Positions 7,983 to 15,547 of a DNA stretch of 64,000 nucleotides are shown here, one piece after another. Position 1 is the stretch's first letter. Every line of letters begins with the position of its first letter. This DNA is from Dehalococcoidia bacterium (GTDB lineage Bacteria; Chloroflexota; Dehalococcoidia; Lucifugimonadales; Australimonadaceae), in NCBI GenBank assembly GCA_965248495.1, contig CBDFJL010000003.1, positions 476,852-540,851 of the forward strand, in the 5' to 3' direction. The translations under genes and the position numbers were made by a program. The notes under the pieces are model-generated. The model had not been told where the DNA came from and did not search any database. It saw only the letters and a list, made by a program, of their open reading frames with translations.

Positions 7983-8801
7983 CTAGGCACCATCAGCGCC
8001 ATCGGCTTCGTCATCGTCCACTGGCGGGACTTCATCAAGCCCTATCTGCCGCCAGTTGTTGTTTGCCGGTGGCGTATCCGGGTAGAGGAAGACAAGTGTC
8101 GCCTCAGCCATCTTGACCCACTGATCACGCTTCTCTTTAGGAAAGTGTGAACCTATCCCTGGCAGGCTTCGAACCAGCATCTCAAGTGCTGGAGGCATGC
8201 TCGGCATCTCGCTGCGTTCATTCGGGGTTGGTGCTATTCCAGGAGCCCGGGTCCGGGGCGACCGCCGGCCTTTGCCAGTGCTAGGTGATCGCGGGTGCTC
8301 CTTGCCCGTTGCGCGCGCGCCGACTTGGCTGCTGCGCTGCCTCGGCTGATCAAGTGTCGGGATACCTGCCTCGCGGCACATGCCGAGAAAGAAGATCACC
8401 ATTCGCTCCCGCTGCGAGCCAGGGGTGTAGCGTCGGAAGAAGTTGACCAGACGGTCCTGCGGATCCTCCGCAGGATCGAGGCTCTGGAAAACCTCGACGT
8501 ACTTTTCCCGGATGATGCCTGCGAGCGTAGATCGGTACTCCTCGTCGGTGGCCATAGCCATCGAGCGTAATGCGGGCGATGGCGTGCCATATTCGTCAGC
8601 CAGCTCAAGCCAGCGCAGGGCGAAGAACGCGCGCGACAAAGTCCCCTCGGAGACTCCCATATCCCGTAGGTACTCGATGTCGATGCGCTCTGGGATGTTC
8701 CGCGACCGCAGCCGCTTCAGAACGTCGGTGATGTTAGACGGCGGCGCATACGGCCTGTTCGTCTCAGGAACCACCTTTGTTACTACCGGCCCATCTACCA
8801 T
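7983..8801 (-). CDS. DUF5343-like protein (function unknown)
   Basis: The N-terminus RPYAPPSNITDVLKRLRSRNIPERIDIEYLRDMGVSEGTLSRAFFALRWLELADEYGTPSPALRS matches my recollection of the DUF5343 pattern (PY...L..l....P..i....L...G......i..Lk.LgL.d..G.PT). The middle is a basic, low-complexity linker. The family assignment is from memory only. Confidence 0.6.
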   Translation of the reverse strand: MVDGPVVTKVVPETNRPYAPPSNITDVLKRLRSRNIPERIDIEYLRDMGVSEGTLSRAFFALRWLELADEYGTPSPALRSMAMATDEEYRSTLAGIIREKYVEVFQSLDPAEDPQDRLVNFFRRYTPGSQRERMVIFFLGMCREAGIPTLDQPRQRSSQVGARATGKEHPRSPSTGKGRRSPRTRAPGIAPTPNERSEMPSMPPALEMLVRSLPGIGSHFPKEKRDQWVKMAEATLVFLYPDTPPANNNWRQIGLDEVPPVDDDEADGADGA

Positions 8802-8965
8802 GTGCCCTACCTCCGATAACTGAACTCGCCCCTAGGATACTCGCCGGAATCCGAGTCGTCAAACGGTGCCTGGCGCCATCGGGCTCGGCACCGTACCGCT
8901 CTACGTCCACGGCTACTTGCTAGACTTGGCCGTAGACTGCTAAACGCTGAAGGGAGTGCGCGGCC

Positions 8966-9253
8966 ATGCATATCGTGCTGAAACACGAGACCTACGGGAT
9001 CAAGGGCGGCGTGTGTGCAAGAGGTCCCCAGATCAAGCTGGCGGCACATGGGTACAACGAAGAAATCGCCCTGTTCAACCTAGTCACCGCGGCACGGCAT
9101 TTCCTTACCCCGTTCGTGCGGGCGGGCGTGGGGCCTGAGGAACTGAAGTCATTGGCAATCGAATTCGATGACGGGTCTCCCAACGATGTCGTGGTGGACC
9201 TCATAGAGCGAACGAACTCGCGTCAGAACCAGAGCCAAGTATCGAGTAACTAA
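8966..9253 (+). CDS. hypothetical protein (95 aa), divergent from the DUF5343-like gene
   Basis: ATG is preceded by GAAGGGAG. MHIVLKHETYGIKGGVCARGPQIKLAAHGYNEEIALFNLVTAARHFLTPFVRAGVGPEELKSLAIEFDDGSPNDVVVDLIER has no motif I recognise. It sits in the low-GC context. Confidence 0.45.
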   Translation: MHIVLKHETYGIKGGVCARGPQIKLAAHGYNEEIALFNLVTAARHFLTPFVRAGVGPEELKSLAIEFDDGSPNDVVVDLIERTNSRQNQSQVSSN

Positions 9254-9323
9254 AGATACTTGTCAGATTCGTTACTGTTCTGTCTCGTGGTTCATAGAAT
9301 GGGGCGCCTAGGAGTTATCCCTT

Positions 9324-9845
9324 TTGAACACGTATAAGGTGATGGTAGACTGTTTTACAGCGAGATATGGGATGAACAGATTCACTGTACAGCAGTTCAA
9401 TCGAATGTTTCCGGACGAAGCTACGGCACTAGATATCATAAAGAGATGCTCTGCCCTCATGGTATCGAATGGCGAAAGTGCGCAACCGTTACTAAGCACC
9501 ACCGACTAGGGACGCGCAAGGCTTACTTATGCGACCGGTGCGGAACGCACGTCTACTCTCTCGCGGTACGATTTTTGAAAAATCATCGTGCTCCTCAAAA
9601 GCTGGCTGTACGCTACCTATTTAATGGCCGGCATGCGGTGCGGCATCAGTACCAAGCAACTGGAGCGCGAGCTAAGCGTCACTTATAAGACTGCATGGAG
9701 AATGTTCCACCGGATACGGAAGCTACTCAACGAAGACGGCGGTGTGCTGTCAGGCCAAGCAGAAGCGGACGAAACCTACGTTGGCGGTGTTGGTGGTAAG
9801 GACAAGAACCGCCATGCCTACAAGAACGGGTCACCTGCCCTGTGA
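9324..9845 (+). pseudogene. IS1595-family transposase relic (N-terminal Zn-ribbon/HTH part only, two frameshifts, DDE domain missing)
   Basis: Three overlapping track ORFs in different frames read FTVQQFNRMFPDEATALDIIKR / CPHGIEWRKC...YLCDRCGTHVYSLAV / KSWLYATYLMAGMRCGISTKQLERELSVTYKTAWRMFHRIRKLLNEDGGVLSGQAEADETYVGG. This is the conserved IS1595 N-terminal architecture (...YKTAWRM...DETYVGG). The sequence stops about 170 aa in, at the islet edge. Confidence 0.75.
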
Positions 9846-9917
9846 GAGGATACCTACCAATCGTGAATCGCTCGCAGCCGCTGTGGTAGCCTCCGTCTCC
9901 CCAGCAAACCGGAGGCG

Positions 9918-10391
9918 ATGCGACCCCCAATGCCAGCAACGGAACGAACCCTCGTCTTACTGAAACCCGACGTCCTGCAGCGCGGGCTGGCCGGGCGCAT
10001 CATTTCCCGGCTGGAGGACCGGGGGCTCAAGCTCGTGGGGCTGAAGCTCCTTCGCATGGACATGGCGCTGGCCCGGCTGCACTACGAGGCGCACGTCGAC
10101 AAGCCATTCTTCGCCGGTATGGCGGACTTCATGACCTCGAGCCCCATCGTCGCCATGGCGGTGGAGGGGCCCAACGCCGTCGAAGCGGTCCGCACGACGG
10201 TGGGCGCCACCGACCCGCAGAAGGCAGCGCCGGGGACGATCCGCGCCGACCTTGGCCTCGACATCGGACGCAACCTCGTCCACGGCTCCGACTCGACGGA
10301 AGCGGCCGCGAGAGAACTCGGCGTCTTCTTCGGCGAAGGGGAGATTACGGGCTACGAGCGGGACAGCCAGCGCTGGATCACTGAATCCTGA
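9918..10391 (+). CDS. ndk: nucleoside-diphosphate kinase
   Basis: ERTLVLLKPDVLQRGLAGRIISRLEDRGLKLVGLKL...NLVHGSDS contains the Ndk active-site NxxHGSD motif. The start may be ATG 9930 instead. Confidence 0.92.
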   Translation: MRPPMPATERTLVLLKPDVLQRGLAGRIISRLEDRGLKLVGLKLLRMDMALARLHYEAHVDKPFFAGMADFMTSSPIVAMAVEGPNAVEAVRTTVGATDPQKAAPGTIRADLGLDIGRNLVHGSDSTEAAARELGVFFGEGEITGYERDSQRWITES

Positions 10392-10722
10392 CGATTTGGC
10401 GACCGCTGCTCCACAGCTGCTCAAGCTGGTAGTAGCCGCGCCGGTCCTCGCTGAAGATGTGGGCGACGATGTCGCCGAAGTCCAGCAGTACCCACCCCGA
10501 CGCGACGGTCCCCTCTCGGTGGTGGAGCGGGTGCCCGTCACGCTGCAGCGCGTAGTCCAACTCCTCGGCGAGCGTGTCCATCTGCCGGGGGTTGTCCCCG
10601 GTCATGATGACCAGATAGTCCGTGAAACCCGAAACTTGGCTCACGTCCAGCAACAGAATGTCACTGGCCTGGCGGTCCGAAGCCACGTCGACGGCGTCGC
10701 GCGCGGCGGCAAGCGTGTCCAG
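10378..10722 (-). CDS. rsfS: ribosome silencing factor RsfS
   Basis: DRQASDILLLDVSQVSGFTDYLVIMTGDNPRQMDTLAEELDYAL...GWVLLDFGDIVAHIFSEDRRGYYQLEQLW matches RsfS/iojap. The track start GTG 10686 leaves only 4 aa before the conserved block. An in-frame CTG at 10722 adds LDTLAAARDAVDV, which restores the usual N-terminal helix. Confidence 0.85.
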   Translation of the reverse strand: MDTLAAARDAVDVASDRQASDILLLDVSQVSGFTDYLVIMTGDNPRQMDTLAEELDYALQRDGHPLHHREGTVASGWVLLDFGDIVAHIFSEDRRGYYQLEQLWSSGRQIVRIQ

Positions 10723-10820
10723 CGGGCAAGGGCCCCTTTCGTGTTAGTCGGCACCCGCTACCGGGCGGCGCCATTATAGGCGTGGGCGCCGGTTCTGAGG
10801 GCGACCGTATAATCGTGGCC

Positions 10821-11420
10821 ATGGCCGGCGCGCACCACCATCACCCTGATCGCGTGTTCGACGTCTCACGCGCCGGGCGCCTGCTGTCGGACGAGCGCCG
10901 CGAGCTGATGGACCCCGCGTGGGTGCTCGCACAGGCGCCGCTGACGGACGGACAGCGCGTCGTCGACGTGGGCTGCGGCCCCGGCTTCTTCCTGTTGCCG
11001 CTGGCCGAGCGCGTCCCTGAGGGGGTCGCGGTCGGCGTCGACCTGCAGGAGGAGATGCTGACGATGGCCCGGCAGCGGGCCCACGACGCCGGGATAGCCA
11101 ACGTTGAGCTGTTGGCGGGCAATCCTGAGGACGGCCTGCCGGCCGGGACCGGGACGGTCGACGGAGCCCTCGTATCCATGGTGCTCCATGAGGCGTCAAG
11201 CCACGACCGCTTCATGCAGGGCGTCGCGTCCACGCCGCGGCCTGGCGGCTGGTGCCTGGTCATCGAGTGGCTGAAGGTGGCCATGGACGTCGGCCCGCCG
11301 CTGCACATCCGCGTGAGCCCTTGGGAGGTTGGCGCCATCGGCAAGAAGGCGGGGCTCGCCTTCCGGTGGTCGCGGCAGGTGGGCGGCCGGTACTCGCTGA
11401 CGCTGATGCGGGCCGTCTAA
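10821..11420 (+). CDS. class I SAM-dependent methyltransferase
   Basis: VVDVGCGPGFFLLPLAE...VGVDLQEEML...VDGALVSMVLHE are methyltransferase motifs I, II and post-I. Start set at ATG 10821 (MAGAHHHH). Confidence 0.8.
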   Translation: MAGAHHHHPDRVFDVSRAGRLLSDERRELMDPAWVLAQAPLTDGQRVVDVGCGPGFFLLPLAERVPEGVAVGVDLQEEMLTMARQRAHDAGIANVELLAGNPEDGLPAGTGTVDGALVSMVLHEASSHDRFMQGVASTPRPGGWCLVIEWLKVAMDVGPPLHIRVSPWEVGAIGKKAGLAFRWSRQVGGRYSLTLMRAV

Positions 11421-11464
11421 CGCACGCGAGGACGCGGCGCGAGCCAATCCTGTACGCTAGCCGC

Positions 11465-12568
11465 GTGGACTCCCAGCACCTCGCAGACAAGCCGCGCGTC
11501 GTCGTTGCCATGTCGGGCGGCGTCGACTCGTCGGTCGCCGCGTACCTTCTCCACCGCGAGGGCTACGACGTCATCGGCGTGACGATGCGGCTGTGGTCGG
11601 CGGACGACCACGCGATCACACCCGACCATCAGGGATGCTGCTCCATCGACGACATCGAGGACGCGCGCCGGGTCTGCCAGACCATTGGCGTGCCGCACTA
11701 CGTGCTGAACGTCGAGCGCGAGTTCCGGACCCACGTTATCGACTACTTCGTTTCCGAGTACCAGCGCGGGCGAACGCCACACCCGTGCATCGCGTGCAAC
11801 GACCGCATCAAGTTCGACTTCCTGCTCAACCGAGCCACCGCGCTGGACGCCGACTTCGTCGCGACCGGCCACTACGCGCGCACGGCTTCGACAGGCGGCG
11901 CTCACCACCTGCTACGCGGTGTCGACAGCGAGAAGGACCAGTCCTACGTGCTGTTTGGGCTGACACAGCGGCAGCTCGCTCACGTCCTGCTGCCCGTCGG
12001 CCACCACACCAAGGCCGGCATCCGAGAGCTGGCCGTCGAGGCCGGACTGCACCTCGCCGGCAAGGCCGACAGCCAGGAGATCTGCTTCATCCCGCAGGAC
12101 GACTACCGCGCGTTCTTGCGGGAGCGCGTCACCCCGCAGCCCGGTGAGCTGGTCGACACGGCGGGCCGGGTTCTCGGCGAGCATCCGGGTATCGAGTTCT
12201 TCACGGTTGGCCAGCGGCGCGGGCTCGGCGTGAGCACCGGCGAGCGTCTCTTCGTGACGCGGGTCGATGCCGACACCGGCCGTGTCGTCCTCGGCTCGGA
12301 GGCAGATCTAATGCACAGAAGCGTCCGGGTGGAGAGCGTCAACTACATCGGCGAAAGCGTCGCCTCCGGACCCGTGCGGCCCGTGCGAGTCGATGCCAAG
12401 ATTCGCTATAACGCGAGGGCGCTGCCGGCGACGCTGGAGCCGGACGGGTGCGACGCGGTGCTGCGATTCGACGAGCCGCAGCGAGCCATAGCCCCTGGCC
12501 AGGCCGCGGTCTTCTATGACGGCGACGAGGTCATCGGCGGCGGTTTTATTCAAGGTCCCGAGGACTAG
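11465..12568 (+). CDS. mnmA: tRNA 2-thiouridine(34) synthase MnmA
   Basis: RVVVAMSGGVDSSVAAYLL (PP-loop SGGxDS)...GCCS...HPCIACN...FVATGHYAR...KDQSYVL matches MnmA. Start set at GTG 11465. Confidence 0.9.
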   Translation: MDSQHLADKPRVVVAMSGGVDSSVAAYLLHREGYDVIGVTMRLWSADDHAITPDHQGCCSIDDIEDARRVCQTIGVPHYVLNVEREFRTHVIDYFVSEYQRGRTPHPCIACNDRIKFDFLLNRATALDADFVATGHYARTASTGGAHHLLRGVDSEKDQSYVLFGLTQRQLAHVLLPVGHHTKAGIRELAVEAGLHLAGKADSQEICFIPQDDYRAFLRERVTPQPGELVDTAGRVLGEHPGIEFFTVGQRRGLGVSTGERLFVTRVDADTGRVVLGSEADLMHRSVRVESVNYIGESVASGPVRPVRVDAKIRYNARALPATLEPDGCDAVLRFDEPQRAIAPGQAAVFYDGDEVIGGGFIQGPED

Positions 12569-12600
12569 GGGCCCGAGGGCTAGCGCGGCTCCATCGACCA

Positions 12601-12735
12601 GGCGCTCATCCCGTTCGGCCCTTCGACCGGGCTCAGGACATGCTTCGCACAGGACAGGCTTCGACAGGCTCAGGATGAGCGAACGAACGACAGAACGAAC
12701 CGCTCGCCCTGAGCCTGTCGAAGGGCGAGTCGCCC
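12601..12735 (+). repeat. repeat family A, largest copy, with internal perfect 16-bp inverted repeat
   Basis: GGCGCTCATCCCGTTCGGCCCTTCGACCGGGCTCAGGACATGCTTCGCACAGGACAGGCTTCGACAGGCTCAGGATGAGCGAACG.... CTTCGACAGGCTCAGG (12659-12674) pairs with CCTGAGCCTGTCGAAG (12708-12723). Confidence 0.9.
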
Positions 12736-12746
12736 GAGAGGCGGGT

Positions 12747-13436
12747 ATGGCCACCACCACACGCGGCGCTCCAGCCAGGGGGGAGCCCAAATTCCACATC
12801 GTGGCGACGCAGACTGAGGAGCGCCGGCTCTGGGAGTCGGGTTTCGCACAAGTCGCCGGCGTGGACGAGGTGGGGCGGGGCCCACTCGCGGGCCCGGTGG
12901 TTGCCGGCGCCGTCATCCTGCCCGACCTGAGGGGCTCGCGGGCCCGAGACCTCGGCCTGATCCAAGACAGCAAGTCCCTGACCGAACGCCAGCGCGAGCG
13001 CGCCGACGTGGTCGTGCGCAAGGTGGCGCTGGCGGTCGGTATCGGCGTGGTGACGTCAGCCCAGATCGATAAGATGGGCATCATGCCGGCGACGAAGCTC
13101 GCGATGCGACTGGCGCTCGACGCGTTGGACCCGCCGCCTGACCATCTGCTGGTCGACGGGAAGGTCGGCATCAACTGGCGCCTGTGTCCGTGCCAGCCAA
13201 TCGTGAAGGGCGACCTGCTGTGCTCGGCCGTCGCCGCCGGCTCCGTAGTCGCCAAGGTCTACCGCGACGCCCTCATGCGCGAGTACGACGAGCATTACCC
13301 TGGCTACGGGCTTGCAGGCCACAAGGGCTACGCGTCGGCCTCACACCTGGCCGCCATCGCCGCTCTGGGCCCCAGCCCGCAGCACCGCCGCAGCTTCTCG
13401 CCGCTACGCCCCACGCTGTTCGCCGCCGATGCCTAG
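12747..13436 (+). CDS. rnhB: ribonuclease HII
   Basis: VAGVDEVGRGPLAGPVVAGAVIL...DSKSLT...LLVDG...KGDLLCSAVAAGSVVAKVYRD...GYGLAGHKGYAS matches RNase HII. Start at ATG 12747. Confidence 0.9.
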   Translation: MATTTRGAPARGEPKFHIVATQTEERRLWESGFAQVAGVDEVGRGPLAGPVVAGAVILPDLRGSRARDLGLIQDSKSLTERQRERADVVVRKVALAVGIGVVTSAQIDKMGIMPATKLAMRLALDALDPPPDHLLVDGKVGINWRLCPCQPIVKGDLLCSAVAAGSVVAKVYRDALMREYDEHYPGYGLAGHKGYASASHLAAIAALGPSPQHRRSFSPLRPTLFAADA

Positions 13437-13791
13437 TGCACGCAGCCGCCTCGGCACACGGGGCGAGGACATCGCCGCCGCACACCTGCAGGCGCAGGGC
13501 CTGCGCGTCGTCGAGCGCAACGTGCGCACGCGCTACGGGGAGGTCGACATCGTCGCCGAGGATGGCGACACCCTGGCCTTCGTCGAAGTCAGGACGCGCA
13601 GATCGGCGAGCTTTGGGACGCCGGAGGAGTCGATCACCCTGCGCAAGCGGCGACGCCTGGCCCAGTTGGGCGAGCAGTACGTGCACGAGCGGGGGTTGGT
13701 TGACCAGGCCTGGCGTGTGGACGTGGTCGCCATCACGCTCGGTGGCTCCGCGCCGGATGTCCGGTACTACCGTGGCATCGACATAGAGTAG
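13429..13791 (+). CDS. YraN family (UPF0102) endonuclease-like protein
   Basis: GTRGEDIAAAHLQAQGLRVVERNVRTRYGEVDIVAEDGDTLAFVEVRTR matches YraN. ATG 13429 overlaps the rnhB stop by 8 nt. Confidence 0.85.
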   Translation: MPSARSRLGTRGEDIAAAHLQAQGLRVVERNVRTRYGEVDIVAEDGDTLAFVEVRTRRSASFGTPEESITLRKRRRLAQLGEQYVHERGLVDQAWRVDVVAITLGGSAPDVRYYRGIDIE

Positions 13792-13813
13792 GAGAAGCGA
13801 GTGAGGGTGCGCT

Positions 13814-13880
13814 GGCGCTCATCCCCTTCGGCGGGCTCAGGGCAGGCTTCGTGGGCTACCCGCCTCCTCAGGATGACAGC
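13814..13880 (+). repeat. repeat family A copy
   Basis: GGCGCTCATCCCCTTCGGCGGGCTCAGGGCAGGCTTCGTGGGCTACCCGCCTCCTCAGGATGACAGC, between yraN and dcd. Confidence 0.85.
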
Positions 13881-13891
13881 CCCCTCGCGGC

Positions 13892-14473
13892 CTAGCCGCG
13901 CCCGGCGCCACCCTCGTACTCCCGCGAGATGCGGGAGGGCGTCGGCATGCTCTGCCCTTGGTACTTGGAGCCGAGCTCCTTCGACCCGTACAGGTGTTCA
14001 GCCGGCGTTGTCAGCCGCAGGAAGGAGATCTGGCCGATCTTCATCCGGTGGTACAGCGTGATCGGCAGGTTGGAGACGTTACTCAGCTCCAGTGTCAGGT
14101 TGCCCTTCCACCCCGGGTCGACGTAGCCGGCCGTGGAGTGGATGAGCAGGCCGATGCGGCCGAGCGAGCTCTTGCCCTCGAGCCGCGCCACCAGGTCGTC
14201 GGGCACTTCCACGTGCTCGAGCGTGCTCCCCAAAACGAATTCACCCGGGTGCAGCATGAACGGGTCGTCGTCACCCATGGTGACCATGTCGGTCAGCCGC
14301 TCGGTGTCGGAGCGGATGTCCACGTACGGCACACGGTTGTTGCGAAAGACCAGGATGTGGCGGTCGAGGTGCAGGTCGACGCTGGCCGGCTGGATGCAGT
14401 CCTCGGTCAGCGGCCTGACGATGATGCGCCCCTTGGCCATCTCCTCGCGGATGGTGCGATCGCTCAAGACCAT
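13892..14473 (-). CDS. dcd: dCTP deaminase
   Basis: MVLSDRTIREEMAKGRIIVRPL...IQPASVDLHLD...EGKSSLGRIGLLIHSTAGYVDPGWKGNLTLEL matches Dcd. Confidence 0.92.
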   Translation of the reverse strand: MVLSDRTIREEMAKGRIIVRPLTEDCIQPASVDLHLDRHILVFRNNRVPYVDIRSDTERLTDMVTMGDDDPFMLHPGEFVLGSTLEHVEVPDDLVARLEGKSSLGRIGLLIHSTAGYVDPGWKGNLTLELSNVSNLPITLYHRMKIGQISFLRLTTPAEHLYGSKELGSKYQGQSMPTPSRISREYEGGAGRG

Positions 14474-14553
14474 GTTTTGCCCAGCCTCCAGCGCGAAGGA
14501 TAGCGGATGGCGCGTACGTCTTGCATCAGCATCCAGCAGACGACGCCGCGGGG

Positions 14554-14585
14554 CCCTTCGGCTACGCTCAGGACAGGCTCTGCGG
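14554..14585 (+). repeat. repeat family A copy (short), abutting a family C copy
   Basis: CCCTTCGGCTACGCTCAGGACAGGCTCTGCGG. Confidence 0.8.
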
Positions 14586-14700
14586 GTGGGAGGAACCTCG
14601 TTCTCTTTGGCCTGAGGGGTCGCCAGGGGCTGCTAGCTGTCGTATTCGCGGAGGCAAAGACAGCGGTCGGCGAGCCTTGAGGTAGGTTCTCCCGCCCACA
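14581..14700. repeat. repeat family C, inverted pair
   Basis: TGCGGGTGGGAGGAACCTCGTTCTC (14581-14605) faces GAGGTAGGTTCTCCCGCCCACA (14679-14700). Confidence 0.8.
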
Positions 14701-14751
14701 TCCGCGACGCGGCTTTTGAGGAGACAAAGCGGACGAGCCGGCCCGGGACGC

Positions 14752-15483
14752 CTAGTAGGCGATGGCCCGGCTGGCGCCGCCGGAGACCGAGAGCACCTCG
14801 CCGGTCACCGCCTGCGATAGCGGCGAGCAGAGGAACGCCACGACACCGCCAACCTCCTCCTCGGTCACCGGGCTACGCAAGGCGTTCAGCTGCGCGCCCG
14901 AAGGGACGGCTCCTGGCGCAACCGCATTCACGGTGATGCCCCGTGGCCCCAGCTCGGCGGCCAGGTGGCGAGTGGCCGCGTCCACGGAACCGGTGCGGAT
15001 GCCGGTGCTCAGGCCCACCAGACCGGGGTCCCGCATCCCGCTGACGTTGACGATGCGCCCCCAGCCGGCGGTGAGCATGTGGGGCACGGCCTCGTCGGCG
15101 CAGCGCACGTAGCCCAACACCTTCGTGCGCAGGTCCTCCTCAAGGAGCGCCTCAGCATCAGCGAGAAGGGTGTCGGGCGCGCCGGTGGCGCTGCCCACGC
15201 GGGCCGCGTTGTTGACCAGGATATCGAGGCCGCCGAGGGCGGCCGCCGCGTCGCGCACTAAGCGCTTGATCGCGTCGCCGTCGCCCATGTCAGCGACAAA
15301 GCCAACGACGTTGGCGCCAGTCTCCGCCGCGATCTCGGACGCCGCCGCGTCGATCTGCGCCCGATCGCGCGAGCAGATGGCGACGCTGGCGCCCTCGCGG
15401 GCCAACTCCATGGCGATGGCCCTACCGATGCCGCAGCTGCCGCCGGTCACCAGGGCGCGTTTGCCGGTGAGCTTCAGGTCCAC
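14752..15483 (-). CDS. SDR-fold protein (atypical: no YxxxK dyad found)
   Basis: GKRALVTGGSCGIGRAIA (TGxxxGIG), LVNNAA and ITVNAVAPG are present. In the segment IVNVSGMRDPGLVGLSTGIRTGSVDAATRHLAAEL, the positions normally holding Tyr and Lys carry Thr and Thr by my gap-free eye alignment. Confidence 0.8.
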   Translation of the reverse strand: MDLKLTGKRALVTGGSCGIGRAIAMELAREGASVAICSRDRAQIDAAASEIAAETGANVVGFVADMGDGDAIKRLVRDAAAALGGLDILVNNAARVGSATGAPDTLLADAEALLEEDLRTKVLGYVRCADEAVPHMLTAGWGRIVNVSGMRDPGLVGLSTGIRTGSVDAATRHLAAELGPRGITVNAVAPGAVPSGAQLNALRSPVTEEEVGGVVAFLCSPLSQAVTGEVLSVSGGASRAIAY

Positions 15484-15547
15484 CCAGTCCTCCTACGCCA
15501 CTCGCACTACGGCCGATGAAGGCCTGTGATACGTAAAATAAAGTCCG

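Larger units (their letters stand above)
7608..9917. other. low-GC islet inserted between tsaB and ndk
   Basis: Composition drops visibly here. Hand counts give 28/60 G+C at 9301-9360, against 38/60 at 20161-20220 and 46/60 at 26281-26340. The islet contains a DUF5343-like gene, an orphan ORF, a transposase relic and two strong hairpins. Confidence 0.75.

Noticed and set aside
7608-9917. Integrative element with att direct repeats or an integrase
   Set aside because: I compared 7608-7680 with 9846-9917 by eye and saw no direct repeat. There is no integrase or recombinase gene and no adjacent tRNA. Only a decayed IS1595 fragment is present.
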